Assembly: GCA_014905635.1 (NCBI GenBank)
Contig: JABVCE010000031.1
Span: 310,001-341,292, forward strand
Direction of reading: 5' to 3'
Length of the DNA: 31,292 nt
Source: Scenedesmus sp. PABB004
Lineage: Eukaryota
The position numbers and the translations under genes were made by a program. The notes below the pieces were generated by a model. It had not been told where the DNA came from, ran no database searches, and saw only the letters and a program-made list of their open reading frames with translations. This document shows positions 8,213-20,200 of the stretch, piece by piece (the stretch's first letter is position 1; every line of letters starts with the position of its first letter).

Positions 8213-11200
8213 GCCGGCTGCGCCGGCTGCCCCTGCGCCGCCGGGCCGGGCGGCGGCTGGTGCGCGCCGCCCCCGGCGTGCTGCGGAGCCAGCCGCGGCG
8301 TCTTTGGCGTGACGCTGCTCCGCCGTGCCGCGCCATAGTCGTCTGAAGAGGTGCAGCCGTCACAGTCGCTGTCGCCGTCACAGTCGCTGTCGCTGCAGGT
8401 GTCGCTGAAGGTGTCGCTGAAGGTGTCGCTGCCGCCGTCGCTGCCGCCGTCGCTGCCGCTGGCGCGGGGTGCAGCGGCGGGGGCGCCGCTGACCTCGGCC
8501 TTGAGCCGCGCCCGCCCGCGTTGCTGACCGCCATCTGCCAGGCGCGGCGCAGGCCGCTTGGGCGTGCCGCTGGCGCGCCGCGCGAGGCGCGCAATGCACG
8601 CCGCCGCGGCCTCTGCGTGTGCCAGCACGGCCTCGCTGGGCGCCTGCTGGAGCGCCCATATGTGCAGCAGCGCCTGGTGCGCGTCATACACCGCGAACGC
8701 GAGGTGCTGCGCGGCGAACTTCCAGGTGCAGGCTGCCAGGTGCTCGGCGCCGACCTGGATGCTGCCGGCGAGCGCCGCGGGCGCGAGGGCCTGCGCGACG
8801 GTAGACAGGCTGCGCAGCAGCAGGCCCAGCGCCAGCACGGGCGAGGCGGGCGCTGGGCCCTCGGCGCCAGGCAGCGCGCTCCAGCGCTCTCTGGCCGCTT
8901 CCAGCAGGCTAACGACGCGTGCGGCGACCTGCGCGCGCTGCCCGCGCACGTGCCCCTGCAGGGCGGCCAGGGGCTGCTGCTCGCTGTGCAGCTGCTCCAG
9001 CATGCGCGGGGCGCTGACGAGCCACTGCAGCTCACCGGCCGCGCTGACCGCGTGCCTCGTGAGTGCGCTGATGCTCCAGCTGCCGACCGCGACGCTGTGC
9101 TGCTCGCCCGCCGTGGCGCTCTCCTTCGCAGAGTGCCGCAGCTCGTCCAGGCGCCGCAACGCCTCGTGCTCGTTGGGCACGGGCTGCAGCGTGATGTGCG
9201 GCGGCACCGCTGGCCGGCTCAGCGCCAGCACAGGCACCGCTGCATCTGCGCGCTGGGCGCGTGCCGCGCCGGGCACGTCGCCACCGCTGGGCGGCGCGCC
9301 GCCGGCGCCGGGCAGCGCCGGGAGCGCGAGCTCCTGCTGACTGCGCAGCAGCCAGTCAGAAAGCCCGCCTGCCGGCACGCTCTGCAGCGGGCTGCCGTCC
9401 AGCGCCGCGGCCGGGTCGCACCGCCAGCGCGCGACGTTTAGCCACGCCAGCGCCTGCGCGCGGTGCCTGCGCGTGTGCGCGTCGACGCCGGCGCCCTGCG
9501 GAAACACCGCCACGCCCAAATCCGCCTCCGACAGCTGCGCGATCGCGGCAACCTTCAGCACGCCCTGCGGCAGGGGCGCGGCGTGCGGTTGGTGAGGACG
9601 GGGTGTGTGTGCAGCTGGCCTGGCCTTGCCGCCGGCGCTTTCGGCCGCCGCGGAGGTCACTGCGTACCGGCTGCAGCGCGGGGTGTGTGTGCAGCATCTG
9701 GTACACCTCCGGCACCGCCTGCACCCTGGCGGCGAGGGCCAGCAGCGCGGCCAGCAGCGCGCCCGCATCGTCCCCCGCAGAGTGCGTCTGCGCAGCGGCA
9801 GGCACAGGTGGGCGTCAAACGCCAGGCCGTGCTGCTGGCGCTCGCCGCCGCGCCCATGCCTTGCGCCCCCCCCCCCCCCCCCCCCCCACCCCCCCCCCTT
9901 TTCCCCTCCCCACCTGAGAAAACGCAAAGTTGCCAGTGAGGATCTGCACGGCCTGCATCAGCTTGTAGCTGGGCGCGCCGCCCGCCACCTCCTGCACCTC
10001 GGCGAGGCTGAACATGACCCGCACGAGGGTCAGAAAGTCCAGCCCGCCCTCCAGGCCCTGCGCGCCGCTCCCGAGCGCTTCCCAGTCCGCCGCGGGCGCT
10101 GCCAGCAGCATGGCCAGCTGCTGCGCCTCCGCCAGCGCGTGCACGACCGCCGGGTCGGTGCTCGGCGGCGCGGCGGCAGCGGCGCGGGCCTGCGGTCGGG
10201 GCAGCCAGGGCGATGTCAGAGCTGGCATCGAGGCGCCCCGGGGGGCCAAGGGGGGGGGGGGTGGGGGACCGCACCTTGGAGATGAGGCGGTGGTCGACTG
10301 AGCCATAGGCGATGGAGATGCGGCCTGCGGTGAGGGGCAGCGCCTGCGCCACCGCGGCGGCCAGCGTGTTGGCGGTGGTCGTGCTGGCGTCCCCGCACGC
10401 GCCGCGCACAACGCCCAGCGCGGTGCGCTGGAAGAGCCGCTGGTCGCCGCGCGGCGCCAGGCCGTACGCGGCGACCATGAACTCCAGCGCCGGCGGCGCC
10501 GTGCGCAGGCCGATGGCGTCGGCCACCTCGGCGAGCCGGTGCTGCTCGCCGCGCGGAAGCTGCACCAGCCGCGCCAGCCGCGCCATGCGCGCGTCGCCGC
10601 GCTGCTGCGGCTGCTGCCGCTGCGCCAGCGCAATCGCCTCAATCAGCTGCTCCTCGTCGAGCGCGCCCACGTTGTCCAGGAGCGACAGCGCCGCGCCCGG
10701 CTGCATCGCGCTGAGCACGACGACGTTGCGCCGGCCGTCTGCGGCAGGGCGGGCGGGCGCGCCGCGCTCAGCGCAGCCGAGGCTCGGCAGCGGGCGCTCA
10801 CGGCGGTGCGAGCACCTGACGTGACGCAGCCAAAGTTGACCACGTCGCCGAAGATGGCCGCACGCGCCTCGCCCGCCCGCGGCGGCGTCCAAAACTCCGT
10901 GTCCGCTGCAGCCACGCGCCACTGGATGACCACCGGGCCGAGCAGCAGCAGCTGCAGCTGCGCCGACAGGTCGGGCCTGCCGACGGCGAGGCCGGCCATG
11001 GCTGCGTGCAGCGGCGGCGGGGGCTCGGCAGGCGGCGCAAGAGGGCTCGCCGGCCCTCGTGGGCGGGCCACTGGCGGGCCGGGCGGCGCTCCTAGCCGGC
11101 TGGCCGGGCGGCGCACTCTGGAAGACGCGCAGGAGGTACTTGTCGTTGTGGTTGAGCTCGTCGGACAGGCGCAGCAGGCCCTCGGCCGTCGGCCTGAGCT

Positions 11201-11654
11201 CCGCCGTCGCCCTGCGCTCACGCTTGGGCTTGGGCAGCGCCGCTGCCGCGGCTGTGGGCACTGCCGGGCTGCCACTGCGCAGCAGCGACGCCTGCGCGGC
11301 CATCACCGCCGGCGTCGCGCGCCGCGTGGCCGCCGCGCGCGGCCGGCCGGCGCCGCTCGGCGCGGCCCGAGGACCGGGCGTGCGGCCGTCAGCGCGGGCG
11401 TGCGGGTCGAAGCCGGCTGCTCGCGCGTGCGTCACGCAGAGCTTCTGCTGCGCGTTGTGGCATCGCTGCGCCTGGCGGTGGCAGTGGTCCGCGCTGCAGC
11501 CGTGCCGGCGCTGCAGCGTCCTGAGGTCCAGCCCCTCCGTCACCACGCAAGCCTCGCACTTGGTGTAGGGCGCGCGGTCGGGCGGTGCGGAGCCGTCGGC
11601 CCGGCGGCGGCGATACTTCGCGGGTTTGCCGCACTTGCACCGACGCTGCCCCAT
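7730..11654 (-). CDS. Hypothetical (orphan) protein of about 1,100 aa: N-terminal Cys/His cluster, helical core, acidic Ser/Asp repeats, polyQ, C-terminal heptad coiled coil. Exons 11654-11117, 11001-10816, 10738-10275, 10189-9914, 9787-9668, 9564-~8014, ~7921-7730 (last intron tentative)
   Basis: Five GT-AG introns join protein-like segments in frame (YLLRVFQ|TMAGLAV...CVTS|DGRRNVVV...LISK|ARAAA...FAFSQ|THSAG...ALQP|GVLKVAAI...). The final exon reads QRLREQEQRLREQEQHLREQ...SDGSD-TGA. There is an in-frame TAA upstream of the ATG. No family recognised. Confidence 0.7.
7854..7922. repeat. 21-nt tandem repeat x3 encoding heptads (EQRLREQ) on the minus strand
   Basis: ctcctgctcacgcagg(t/c)gctg repeated three times. 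Confidence 0.9.
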
Positions 11655-11674
11655 GGAGACTGATCTGCGCCCGC

Positions 11675-11678
<4 letters not shown>

Positions 11679-11712
<34 letters not shown>

Positions 11713-11718
11713 GCTGCT
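11679..11718 (-). repeat. (CAG)n tract in the presumed 5' UTR of the orphan gene
   Basis: About 13 CTG triplets on +, ending about 25 nt before the ATG at 11654. Confidence 0.85.
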
Positions 11719-11890
11719 TAGGCCGGAGGGAGGCAGGGCGCTGCACCGGGGCGGCGGGTAACGGCGTCGGTTGTTTTAATCCTCGCTCGCCCGCCGCCGC
11801 CGGGCACGCGTCGGCTCACGCGGAGGCGGCGCGGAGCAAACGTTGGAAGCACCGCGGGTGTAAAGCGCACATCAACACATCGCCGCGCAA

Positions 11891-12312
11891 TCACAGCGCC
11901 GCGCGATCACACCTCTTGACCACCTGGCGCGGCCGTAGGTCAGCCGCACCCCACGCCGCGGGTGCCGCCGGCTGCTCGTCGCTGCATCGCGCAGGCTCCG
12001 ACCCCAGCTCCACGTCAGCCTCGTTCTCGTCGCCGCCGCCCACCGCCAGCACCTCCACCAGCACCCGGCCCTTGCCACGCGGCTTGGACGCCGCTGGCTG
12101 CGGCAGCCGCAGGCTGGTCAGGCCGCCGCCGCCCGCCGCCGCCGCGCCCGTGCGGGGCAGCACCACGCCCTGCGTGCTGGCAGCGCCGCCGCCAGCAGGC
12201 GCGCCTGCGCCGGGCGTGGCCAGCGCTGCAGCACACTTGCCGAGCAGCTGCTCCAGCGGGTCGCCGCCGGCACGGCATGCGCCGCTGCCGCTCTGCGCGC
12301 GCGCCGCAGCTG

Positions 12313-12357
<45 letters not shown>

Positions 12358-14211
12358 TGGCTGCCGCCAGCCGCGCGGCCGCACCGCGGTCGGCCGGTGT
12401 CGCAGCGTGCTGCGCCGCCCTGGTCGCGGCGGCCACCGCCTCAGCCAGCTTGCCCTGGACGCGCAGCGCGGCGGCTAGCCTGCGGGTGCAGGCGACGGGG
12501 CCACGTGTGACCGCCAGCAGCTGCTGGCCGCCCCCCCCCCCTCCGACAGGCCGCCGCGCCTGAAGTGCGCCTTGGCGTGGCCGGGCACGAGGTCCAGCGC
12601 GGCGCGGCAGTCGAGCGCCGCCGCCGCCGCCTGCCGCGCGAGGCTCTCGGCCGAGCCGTCCAGCTCCGCCCCGTCCAACGCGCCGCCCGCCTCGAGCCAG
12701 CCACTGGCGGGCGCGGCGTCAGCGCCGCCGGCCTGCAGCTCAGCGATGCGCGCAAGGTAGGCCTGCGCGCGGTTGGCGTGGCACGCCGCGCGCTGCAGCG
12801 CCTCGCCCAGCAGCGCCGCCGTGGAGACCGGCTCGTCCAGCGCGGCGCTGCGCGGCAGGGGAAGGCGCGGCGGCGGGGCGGCGGCTCGCGCGACGCGTCG
12901 GCACGCCGCAGCGCGCGCGAGCGCGGCAGCCCGCTCAGCTGCGCCCGGGGCAGCTCCGTGGCACTGAGCCCCCCACCCCCTCCCCGGGCCCTCTGCCGCG
13001 CCGCTGCCAGGCGCGCGCGCGCGCGCGCACGTGTAGCACTGAATCGCAACCGACCAGTCGCGGCGGCGGAACGCCCCGTTGCCGGCCTCCCTCAGCCGCT
13101 CCGCCTCGCTGCCGGGGCCGGCGTTGACCTGCGTGCGGTCCGCCACCACGCGGACCGCTGGCTCGCGCTCACACGCTCCCGGCGCGCCGCCGCCGGCCCC
13201 GCCGGCCGCGGGCGGCGCGGCCGCGGCGCCGGCGGCGCCAAAGTCGCGCGCCAGCTGCCCGGCGAGCGCGCGCTCCTCGGGGGACGCCGCGTCGCGGCCC
13301 GCCCACGCCTCCAGGCCCGCCAGCATCGCCGGGCTGAGCTGGAGCACGCCGTCCTGCAAACGAGGCGCGGCGCAGCGCGGCGCGGCGCGTTGGCGGCCGG
13401 CCGTGCGCCGCGCGCGGGCGCTACTGCCGGACGCCCTGCTCAGGCGCCGTGCGCGCCGCACCCGCGTGCACCAGCGCCGCAGCCAGCCGAGGTAGAGGGC
13501 CAGCAGCTCCAGCGCCTGCCCGCCCGAGCCCGGCCAGGCGTCGGGGCTGAGGCTGAGCAGGGCGCCGAGCAGCGGGCCGTCGCGCAGGCCCGCGAGCTCG
13601 CGCCACAGCGCCGCGTCGGGCCCGTCGCGCGGGTCGCCGCCGCCGCCGCCCGGCGGCGCGTGCCAGTCGGCGAGCCGCGCCGCGCGCAGAAGCAGCTCGA
13701 GCGCCTGCCCGCCCAGGTAGCGGTTGGGGTGGCGCAGCAGCGCCGCCAGCGGGCGCAGACCGCCCGCCTCGACCAGCGCCCGCAGCGCCGGCGCGCCACG
13801 AGCGTGCGCGAGGAAGAGGTGCGCCGCCGCGAGGGCCTGCGCCCGGTTGCCGGCGCGGCCGAGGTCGCCCGGCGCGGCCGGGTCGCCGCACGACAGCAGG
13901 CGCGCGTAGGTCGCCATGTCTTCCGGCGTCGGCGCAAAGAGCAGGCGGCGCGCCTGCGCGGGCGGCGCCGCCTCAGCACGCAGCGGCTTGGCCAAAAAAC
14001 GCCAAAACGCACGGCGCCGCGTGCGGCGCACGTCCGCGTCATCCAGCACTCCATCCCCCAGCAGCGCGGCGTTGAGCATCGCCGTGGGCGGCGCGGCGAA
14101 GCGCTCGCGCAGCCTAGAGGCGAGAGCGTCGCCGTCAGCGACGCCGAGCGCCGCTGCTGCGGCCAGCATGGCGGCCAGGCCGCCGTCGGCGGCGTCGGCA
14201 GGCGTGGCCAT
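11891..14211 (-). CDS. TPR-containing protein with an N-terminal ARM/HEAT-like helical region. Exons 14211-13462, 13353-13031, 12847-12560, 12479-11891
   Basis: Three TPR motifs after splicing: AERLREAGNGAFRRRDWSVAIQCYTAAL; AACHANRAQAYL...AAALDCRAALDLVP; HAKAHFR|LAAALRVQGKLAEAVAAATRA (third intron is GC-AG). ARM-like segment LVEAGGLRPLAALLRHPNRYLGGQALELL. Confidence 0.8.
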
Positions 14212-14369
14212 GGCGATGTCGGCAGGGGCAGTGACTGGAGGGTGCGGGAGGCGGAGGAGCTGGAGGAGCGATGGCGCGGCAGAAGCGCGAGCGGTCAAAG
14301 CCCTTCGGGCAGGCAACCTTTTCGGCCGCACGCCGATCTGGGGGACTCATGCATGCCACACTCGCCAAG
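14212..14369. promoter_or_regulatory. Probable bidirectional promoter and 5' UTRs between head-to-head genes
   Basis: Only about 160 bp separate the divergent ATGs at 14211(-) and 14370(+). Inferred from geometry alone. Confidence 0.5.
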
Positions 14370-16750
14370 ATGCGCTGCGCCACTCCAGCCACGGCGGCGC
14401 GGGGCGCCCGCCTCGGCGGCGGCGGCTGCTACCGCCCGGCCGTGCCGAGGCCAGCGGGCCACGGCGTGATCGCGGTGAGCCGCGCGCCCTCCGTCCAGGC
14501 CGCCCGCGCCGCGCATGGGCCGCGCATGCGCGGCCGCCGACGGCCGCTGCCGCTGCTCCGCTGCTGCCGTCGCTGCCGCAGCTGGGACGCGGGCGGCAGG
14601 CCAGCCCTGCGGCGCACGCTGGGCTGCAGCAGCGGCAGCAGGAGCAGCAGCAGCGGCGTCGGCGCGGCCGCGCCGCCGCGGTCGCGCCGGCCGACGGCGG
14701 CAGCGAGCTGTGGACGCCGCAGACCGACGCGGCGCTGAGGGGCGCGGCGTCGCAGCTGCGCGGCCTCGTGGACGCGCTGCCGGAGCTGCCCGACGAGGTG
14801 CAGGGCGGCCTCGCGGTGCGCGTGCCGGGCCTGCTGGAGCTGCCGCCGGCGGAGGTGCGGGCGCGGCTCGAGGCGCTCGCCGGCGCGCTCGGCCTGGGCC
14901 TCGCGCCCACGGCGCGCCTCATCAGCAAGGTGCCGCTGCTCTGGAACCGCTCGCCCGAGGCCGCGGCGGCCAAGCTCGGCGCCGTCGGCGCCGAGCTGGG
15001 CGTGGGCGGGGAGGCCGCGGCGGCGCTGCTCATCTCTGCGCCCGCGCTGGCGTCGGTGAACATGCCGGGCGTGGTGCGCGAGCGCGTGGAGCGCGTCGGC
15101 GACGCGCTTGGCACCAGCACCGCGCAGGTGCGCTGCTGGCGACGCCAGCGACACGCGCCGGCGCGGCGCGTGCTGCGCGCTGCGGGGCGGCGCCGCGCTC
15201 GCGCGCGCCGCGCCCACGCGCGCCCCGCGCCGCGCCCAGGCCGCGGAGAGCCTCGGCCGGCAGCCGATGCTGTGGGTCGTCGGCCGCGGCGACGTGCGCT
15301 CGCCCGTGCCGGCGCTCGCGTCGTCGCTCGGCCTGTCGGCGGCCGAGGCGGCCGGCCTCGTCGAGCGCATGCCCGTGCTGCTCGCCTGCGAGACCGCCTG
15401 GCTGAGACTCAAGTGAGCGCACGACCGCGCGCCGCGCTCCGCCCTGGGCGGCGGCTGCCGCCGCGCCCCTCTCACGCAGCCGCCGCCGCGCCCGCCGCCG
15501 CCGCGCAGCGTGACCGACCTCGCGGCGTCGTCGGGCCTGCCCCGCGCGTCGCTGGTCGACCTGCTCGCACGCTATCCGGCGCTCGCGGCGCTGCCGGCGG
15601 GCGCGCTGGCGCAGGGCTTTGAGGAGCTTGCGTCGGCGCTGGAGGTCAGCATTGCTGACGTGGCGGGCCTCGTCGCGGCGCAGCCGACGCTGCTGCTCGC
15701 CAAGGTGCGGCGGCGCGGGCGCGCGCGCGGGCGCGGGCGCGGGCGGACGCGGGCGGGCGCGGCGGCACGCGCGCGCCGGCGCTCACGCGCGCCCCGCGCG
15801 CCGCTGCGGCGGCGGGGCGCAGCCGCCGGCGATCCTCGGCGCCATGGACGTGCTGTGCGCCGCGCTGCGCCTGCCGTCGCCGAGCGACGCGCTGGCGCTG
15901 CTCGTGTGCGCGCCGGGGCTGCTGTACGACATCACCCCCGCCAGCGTGGCCTCGCGCCTCGAGCAGCTCGCAGTGGTGCTGGCCGACGACGCAGAGGCGG
16001 CGCGCGCCGCGGCGCTGCGGCAGCCGGTGCGCGCGGCGCTGCGCCGTGGGGGGCGGCGGCCGCCGCCGCGCCGCGCTGCTGCGCCCACGCGCGCCGACGG
16101 CGCCCGCGCGCCGCCCGCGGCGCGCGTCGCAGGCGCTGCTGGTTGTGCCCGCCAGCGCGCTGCAGCAGGCGCTCGCGTCGGCGGCCGCGCAGCTCGGCCG
16201 GCCGAGCGGCGAGCTGCGGGAGCTGCTGCTGTCCGACCCGGGCGCGCTGCTGGGGCTCGGCTACATGGGCGGCCCGCAGGGCCAGGCCGAGACCTGGGCG
16301 GCGCGGCTGGGGCTGGACCCGCAGGCGGTGGCCGTGCTCGTGTCGAGCCAGCCCGGGCTGCTCGACCTGCCGCCGACGACGCTGCGCGCGCGGCTGGAGT
16401 CGCTCGGCGCGCTGCTCGAGGTCCCCGCCGCGGCGGCGGCGCAGCTGGTCCTCAAGCACGCCGGCCTCGCCGCGGTGCCGCCCAACGCCACGATCACGCG
16501 CGCCAAGGGGCTCAGCATCGCGCTGCGCTGCAGCCTCGCGCGCGCGGCGGAGCTGGTCGCCAAGGTGCCGGCGCTGCTCGCGGTGCCGGCGGCGCTGCTC
16601 GGCCCCGGCGCCGTCGCGGGGACGCCGGTCGACACGCTGCTCGACGTCTGCGCGACATACGAGTTCTACACCAGCAGCTGGATCATGGCCGCCGCCAAGG
16701 AGCGCGCGCCGAGCCGGATGACCAGCTTTGCGGGCCTGCACGGCCCGTGA
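14370..16750 (+). CDS. mTERF-like helical repeat protein, probably organellar. Exons 14370-14474, 14582-15127, 15240-15412, 15509-15704, 15823-16026, 16133-16750 (alternative ATG at 14349)
   Basis: Repeats of about 35 aa with P.LL...P..L..RL..L...LG motifs (VPGLLELPPAEVRARLEALAGALGL; QPGLLDLPPTTLRARLESLGALLEV; YPALAALPAGALAQGFEELASALEV). GT-AG introns are in phase. Transit-peptide-like N-terminus. Confidence 0.75.
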
Positions 16751-16768
16751 GCGTGCGCGGTTCGAGGC

Positions 16769-16937
16769 CGCTGCTGAGCCCTGTCACGCCCGCGCCGCCG
16801 CGGACCGGGGGCTGCGCGCACGGCTGCGCCCCGGGCTGCGCCCCGCCGGCCCGGGCGCGGCGCCCACCGGCGCCAGCCAGCGAGCTTCAGCGACTGCTGT
16901 GAGCCCCGAGCGCGGGGCGTGACAGGGCTCAGCAGCG
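16769..16937. repeat. Perfect 23-bp inverted repeat (fold-back) in the 3' UTR of the mTERF-like gene
   Basis: 16769-16791 cgctgctgagccctgtcacgccc is the exact reverse complement of 16915-16937 gggcgtgacagggctcagcagcg. Confidence 0.95.
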
Positions 16938-17278
16938 CCCCGCGCCCCCACGCAGCGGCAGCGAGCCGCAGTTGCCGGCTCCTGTTTGCCAGGACACGCC
17001 CGTGTACCGCAGGTTGCAGCCACGCTCGCGTGGGCCGCCGCAACAGCCGCAGCAGCAGCAGCAGCAGCAGCCGCGCCGCCGCCGCCCGCCCGCCCTCCGC
17101 GGCGCGCGTGGCGTCGGCGCCCGGCGTCCGGTGGGACCGCCAGACCGCGTCGTCGCCCGCGCCGGCGCGCCAGGCCGCGTTGTCGCCCACGCCGCCAGCG
17201 CCCGCGCGAGCAGCCGGTCCGCCGCGATGGCGCAGCGATAGCCCGCCGCGCCCGGACCGGCAGCGGGGGGCGGCGCAG

Positions 17279-20200
17279 ATGGCGCTGCTAGTGCTGCTCC
17301 TCCTGGCGTCGCTGCTGCCCGCGCGCGCTGGGGTGCACCGGCACGTTCCGTCACAGTCGAGCTTTCTCGACGCGCTTCGTGACCAGAGCGTAGACACGGT
17401 CGTAATTGATGCCGCGCCAGAGCGGCGCGGCGGCGCCTCCGGCGAGTACAGCCTCGCCGCTGACTACTCGCTGGCCCAGGAGCTCGGCGACCGCCAGCTG
17501 GGGGCGGCCCCCATCAACATCACGCGGTGCGCGGTGCACTGCTTGCTGCCGCCGCCGCTGCCCTCGCCGCCCCCGCTCCCACCGCCGCCGCCGCTGCCCT
17601 CGCCGTGCAGCAACGTGACGCTGACGGGCGCGGCGGGGAGGGACACGGTGCTTGACTTTGCGTTCAAGCGCTCGCTGCTGCACCTCTGCGCGAGCTGCGT
17701 GTGGACGTTCAGCAACATCACGGTGCGCTCGCGGCGACGGCCCCAGCGCGAGCGCAGCAGGGCCCTACGGCGGCGGCGCGCACCCCGACGCCAGCGCGCG
17801 CCCGGCCGCGACCCTCGGGCGGCGCGCGCGCCGACGCCCGCGCGCACCTCGCCGCGGCGCCGCAGATCGCCAACGAGCGCCGCGGCAACGGCTTCAGCTT
17901 TGACGCGATCAGCGGCGACCCCGGCAGCGTGGTCCACGTCACGAACACGAACAAGCATCGCCTCGCGTGCACCGCCGTCCGCGACTGGGCGCCCGTTATC
18001 GACTCGCTGCCGCGCAGCCCGCTCAACCCGGGCGCCGACCAGCCGCAGCGGTACACGTTCAAAAACGTCACGTTCCAGGCGCGCGCCGCGCGCGCCGCGC
18101 GCGCCGCGCCACGCCCCGGCCCCCGTCCCCCGCCGTCCCCGCCGCGCCGCCGGCGCCCGCGCTGGGACGTGACGCACGCACGCGCGCGCCCCGGCACCGC
18201 GCGCGCAGGGCCGGGACTTTCCCATGTCGCTGTTCAACCTGGACGTCTCGGTCGCCACGCCGGTCACGCACCAGGAGGGCGTCGCAGCGCCGTTTGGCGG
18301 GTATGCTCAGTGGGGCCGCAACGTCACGCGGCTGTGCGCGAGGTGCGGCCGGCGCGGCCGGCGCCGGGCGCGGGCCGGCGGCCGCCCGCCCCGTGCTGAC
18401 GCGCCGCGCCGCCCGCCGCCCGCTGCGCTGACCCGCCGCCCGCGCTGGCGCGCTGCCGTGTCGCGCAGCACGGTGCCGCTGGAGTGCATGGTGCACAAGT
18501 CGCCCGACCTGTGCGTTAATGACGCAATCGACGACGTGCTCGCTGCAGAGGACGCGGCGCGGCGCGCGCCCGCCGCGGCGGCGCGGCGGCGCGCGCTCGC
18601 AATCGGCCTGGCGGTCCCGCTCGCGGTCGCGGGTGCGCGCGGGCGGGCGCGGGCGCGGGCGCGCGCGCCGCGGCCCGCCGGCGCGCCGCACCCGCGCGGG
18701 CCCACCCGCGCGCCGCCCCGCAGGCCTGGTGGCGGGGCTCCTCGCGCTGCTGTGGGTGCGCCGGCGGGCGCGGCGGCGCGCCGAGCACAAGCAGCGCGCC
18801 GGCGCGGCGTGCGACGACAGGTGCGTTGCGCGCGGCTGGGGACGCCCGACCCCGCCGCCGCGCGCGGCCGCGCCGACGCGCGGCCGCCGCCGCCGCCGCC
18901 GCCGCAGCTCCGGCAACTGCACCTCGCTGGGCGGGGCGCGCGCCGCAAGCTGGACCGTCGCCAGCACGATGACCACGCCCGACGCGGCGGACTGCGCCAA
19001 CAGGATCACGTTTGGTGGGCGGCGGGCGGCGGGCGTGCGCGCGCCGCACCCGCACGGGGGCCGGCCCCGCACGCGGCCCCGCGGACGGCCAACCCGGCCC
19101 GCCGCCGCCCCGCAGGCAAGCTGCTGGGGTCGGGGAGCTATGGCCGCGTGTACCTGGCCACCTGGGGCACGCCCCCCGGCGCGGCGGTGGCGGTCAAGGT
19201 GATTGAGCACGACGCCGCGAGCGCCGCGGCGGTGGCGGGCGAGGTGGCCACGCAGATGCGCTTCCAGCACCCCAACATTGTGCGGGCGCTGCACTGCGTC
19301 ACATTTGAGTGCAGGCAGCCGGAGGCAGCCGCCCGGCCCGCGCGCCCGCGCGCCGGCCGCGCGGCGGGCGGCAGCGGCAGCGCGGGCTCGGGCGGGCGCG
19401 GCTCGCGGGACGCGCCCTCTGGCGCGGGCAGCGGCGGCGGCAGCCGCAGCACGGGCGGGGCGGCCAGGGGCGGCAGCGGCGGCACAAAGCAGGAGACCTG
19501 GCTCGTACAGGAGCTGTGTGACCTCGGCAGCCTCGCCGCGCGGCTGCCGCGCGTGGAGCGGCTCGCGAGCCCGGGCGAGCCCGGCGGGTTCGGCGCGGCG
19601 GTCAGCGACGCGGCGCTGCTGCCGCGGCTGCTGCTGCTGCGCGACGCGACGCGCGGGCTGGCGGCGCTGCACGGCGCCAACACCGTGCACGGCGACCTGA
19701 GTGAGCGCCGCGCGCGGCGCCGCGGGTCGGGGCGCCGCGTGGCCTCGCGAGCGGCCCCCGCCGGCCGAGCACCACGCCGGCGCCGCGCCGCAGACGCGCG
19801 CAACGTGCTCGTCGCGAGCTGCCGGACCTCCAGCACGGGCATGGTCGCCAAGCTCTGCGACCTGGGGCTGAGCCGGGTGCTCAAGGCGCAGCAGACGCAC
19901 CGCAGCACGCAGACGTGCGGCACGCTGACCCACATGCCGCCCGAGGTGCTGCGCGAGGGGCGGCTCTCGCCCGCGGCCGACATCTACGCCCTGGGTGCGC
20001 GCCGCCGGCGGCCGGCGCGCGCTGCCGGCGCGCTCGAGCGCGCCCCGCCGGTGCCGGCGGTGCGCGCGTGCGGGCTGCTGCGTCGCCGCCGCGCGCCGCC
20101 GCGCGCCGCCGAGCGCGCACGCGCCGCGCCGCGCGCCGCAGGCATCATGGCCTGGGAGGTGTTCACCGGGCAGACGGCGTTCAAGTGAGGCGGGCGGGCG

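Noticed and set aside
10700..10870. Faint resemblance of AAIFGD...NVVVLSAMQPG in the orphan protein to uracil-DNA glycosylase motif B
   Set aside because: The catalytic His and motif A are absent. Too weak to claim without a profile search.
16756..16771. tRNA T-arm or B-box-like GGTTCGAGGCC
   Set aside because: No cloverleaf or convincing A-box, and the upstream sequence is coding.
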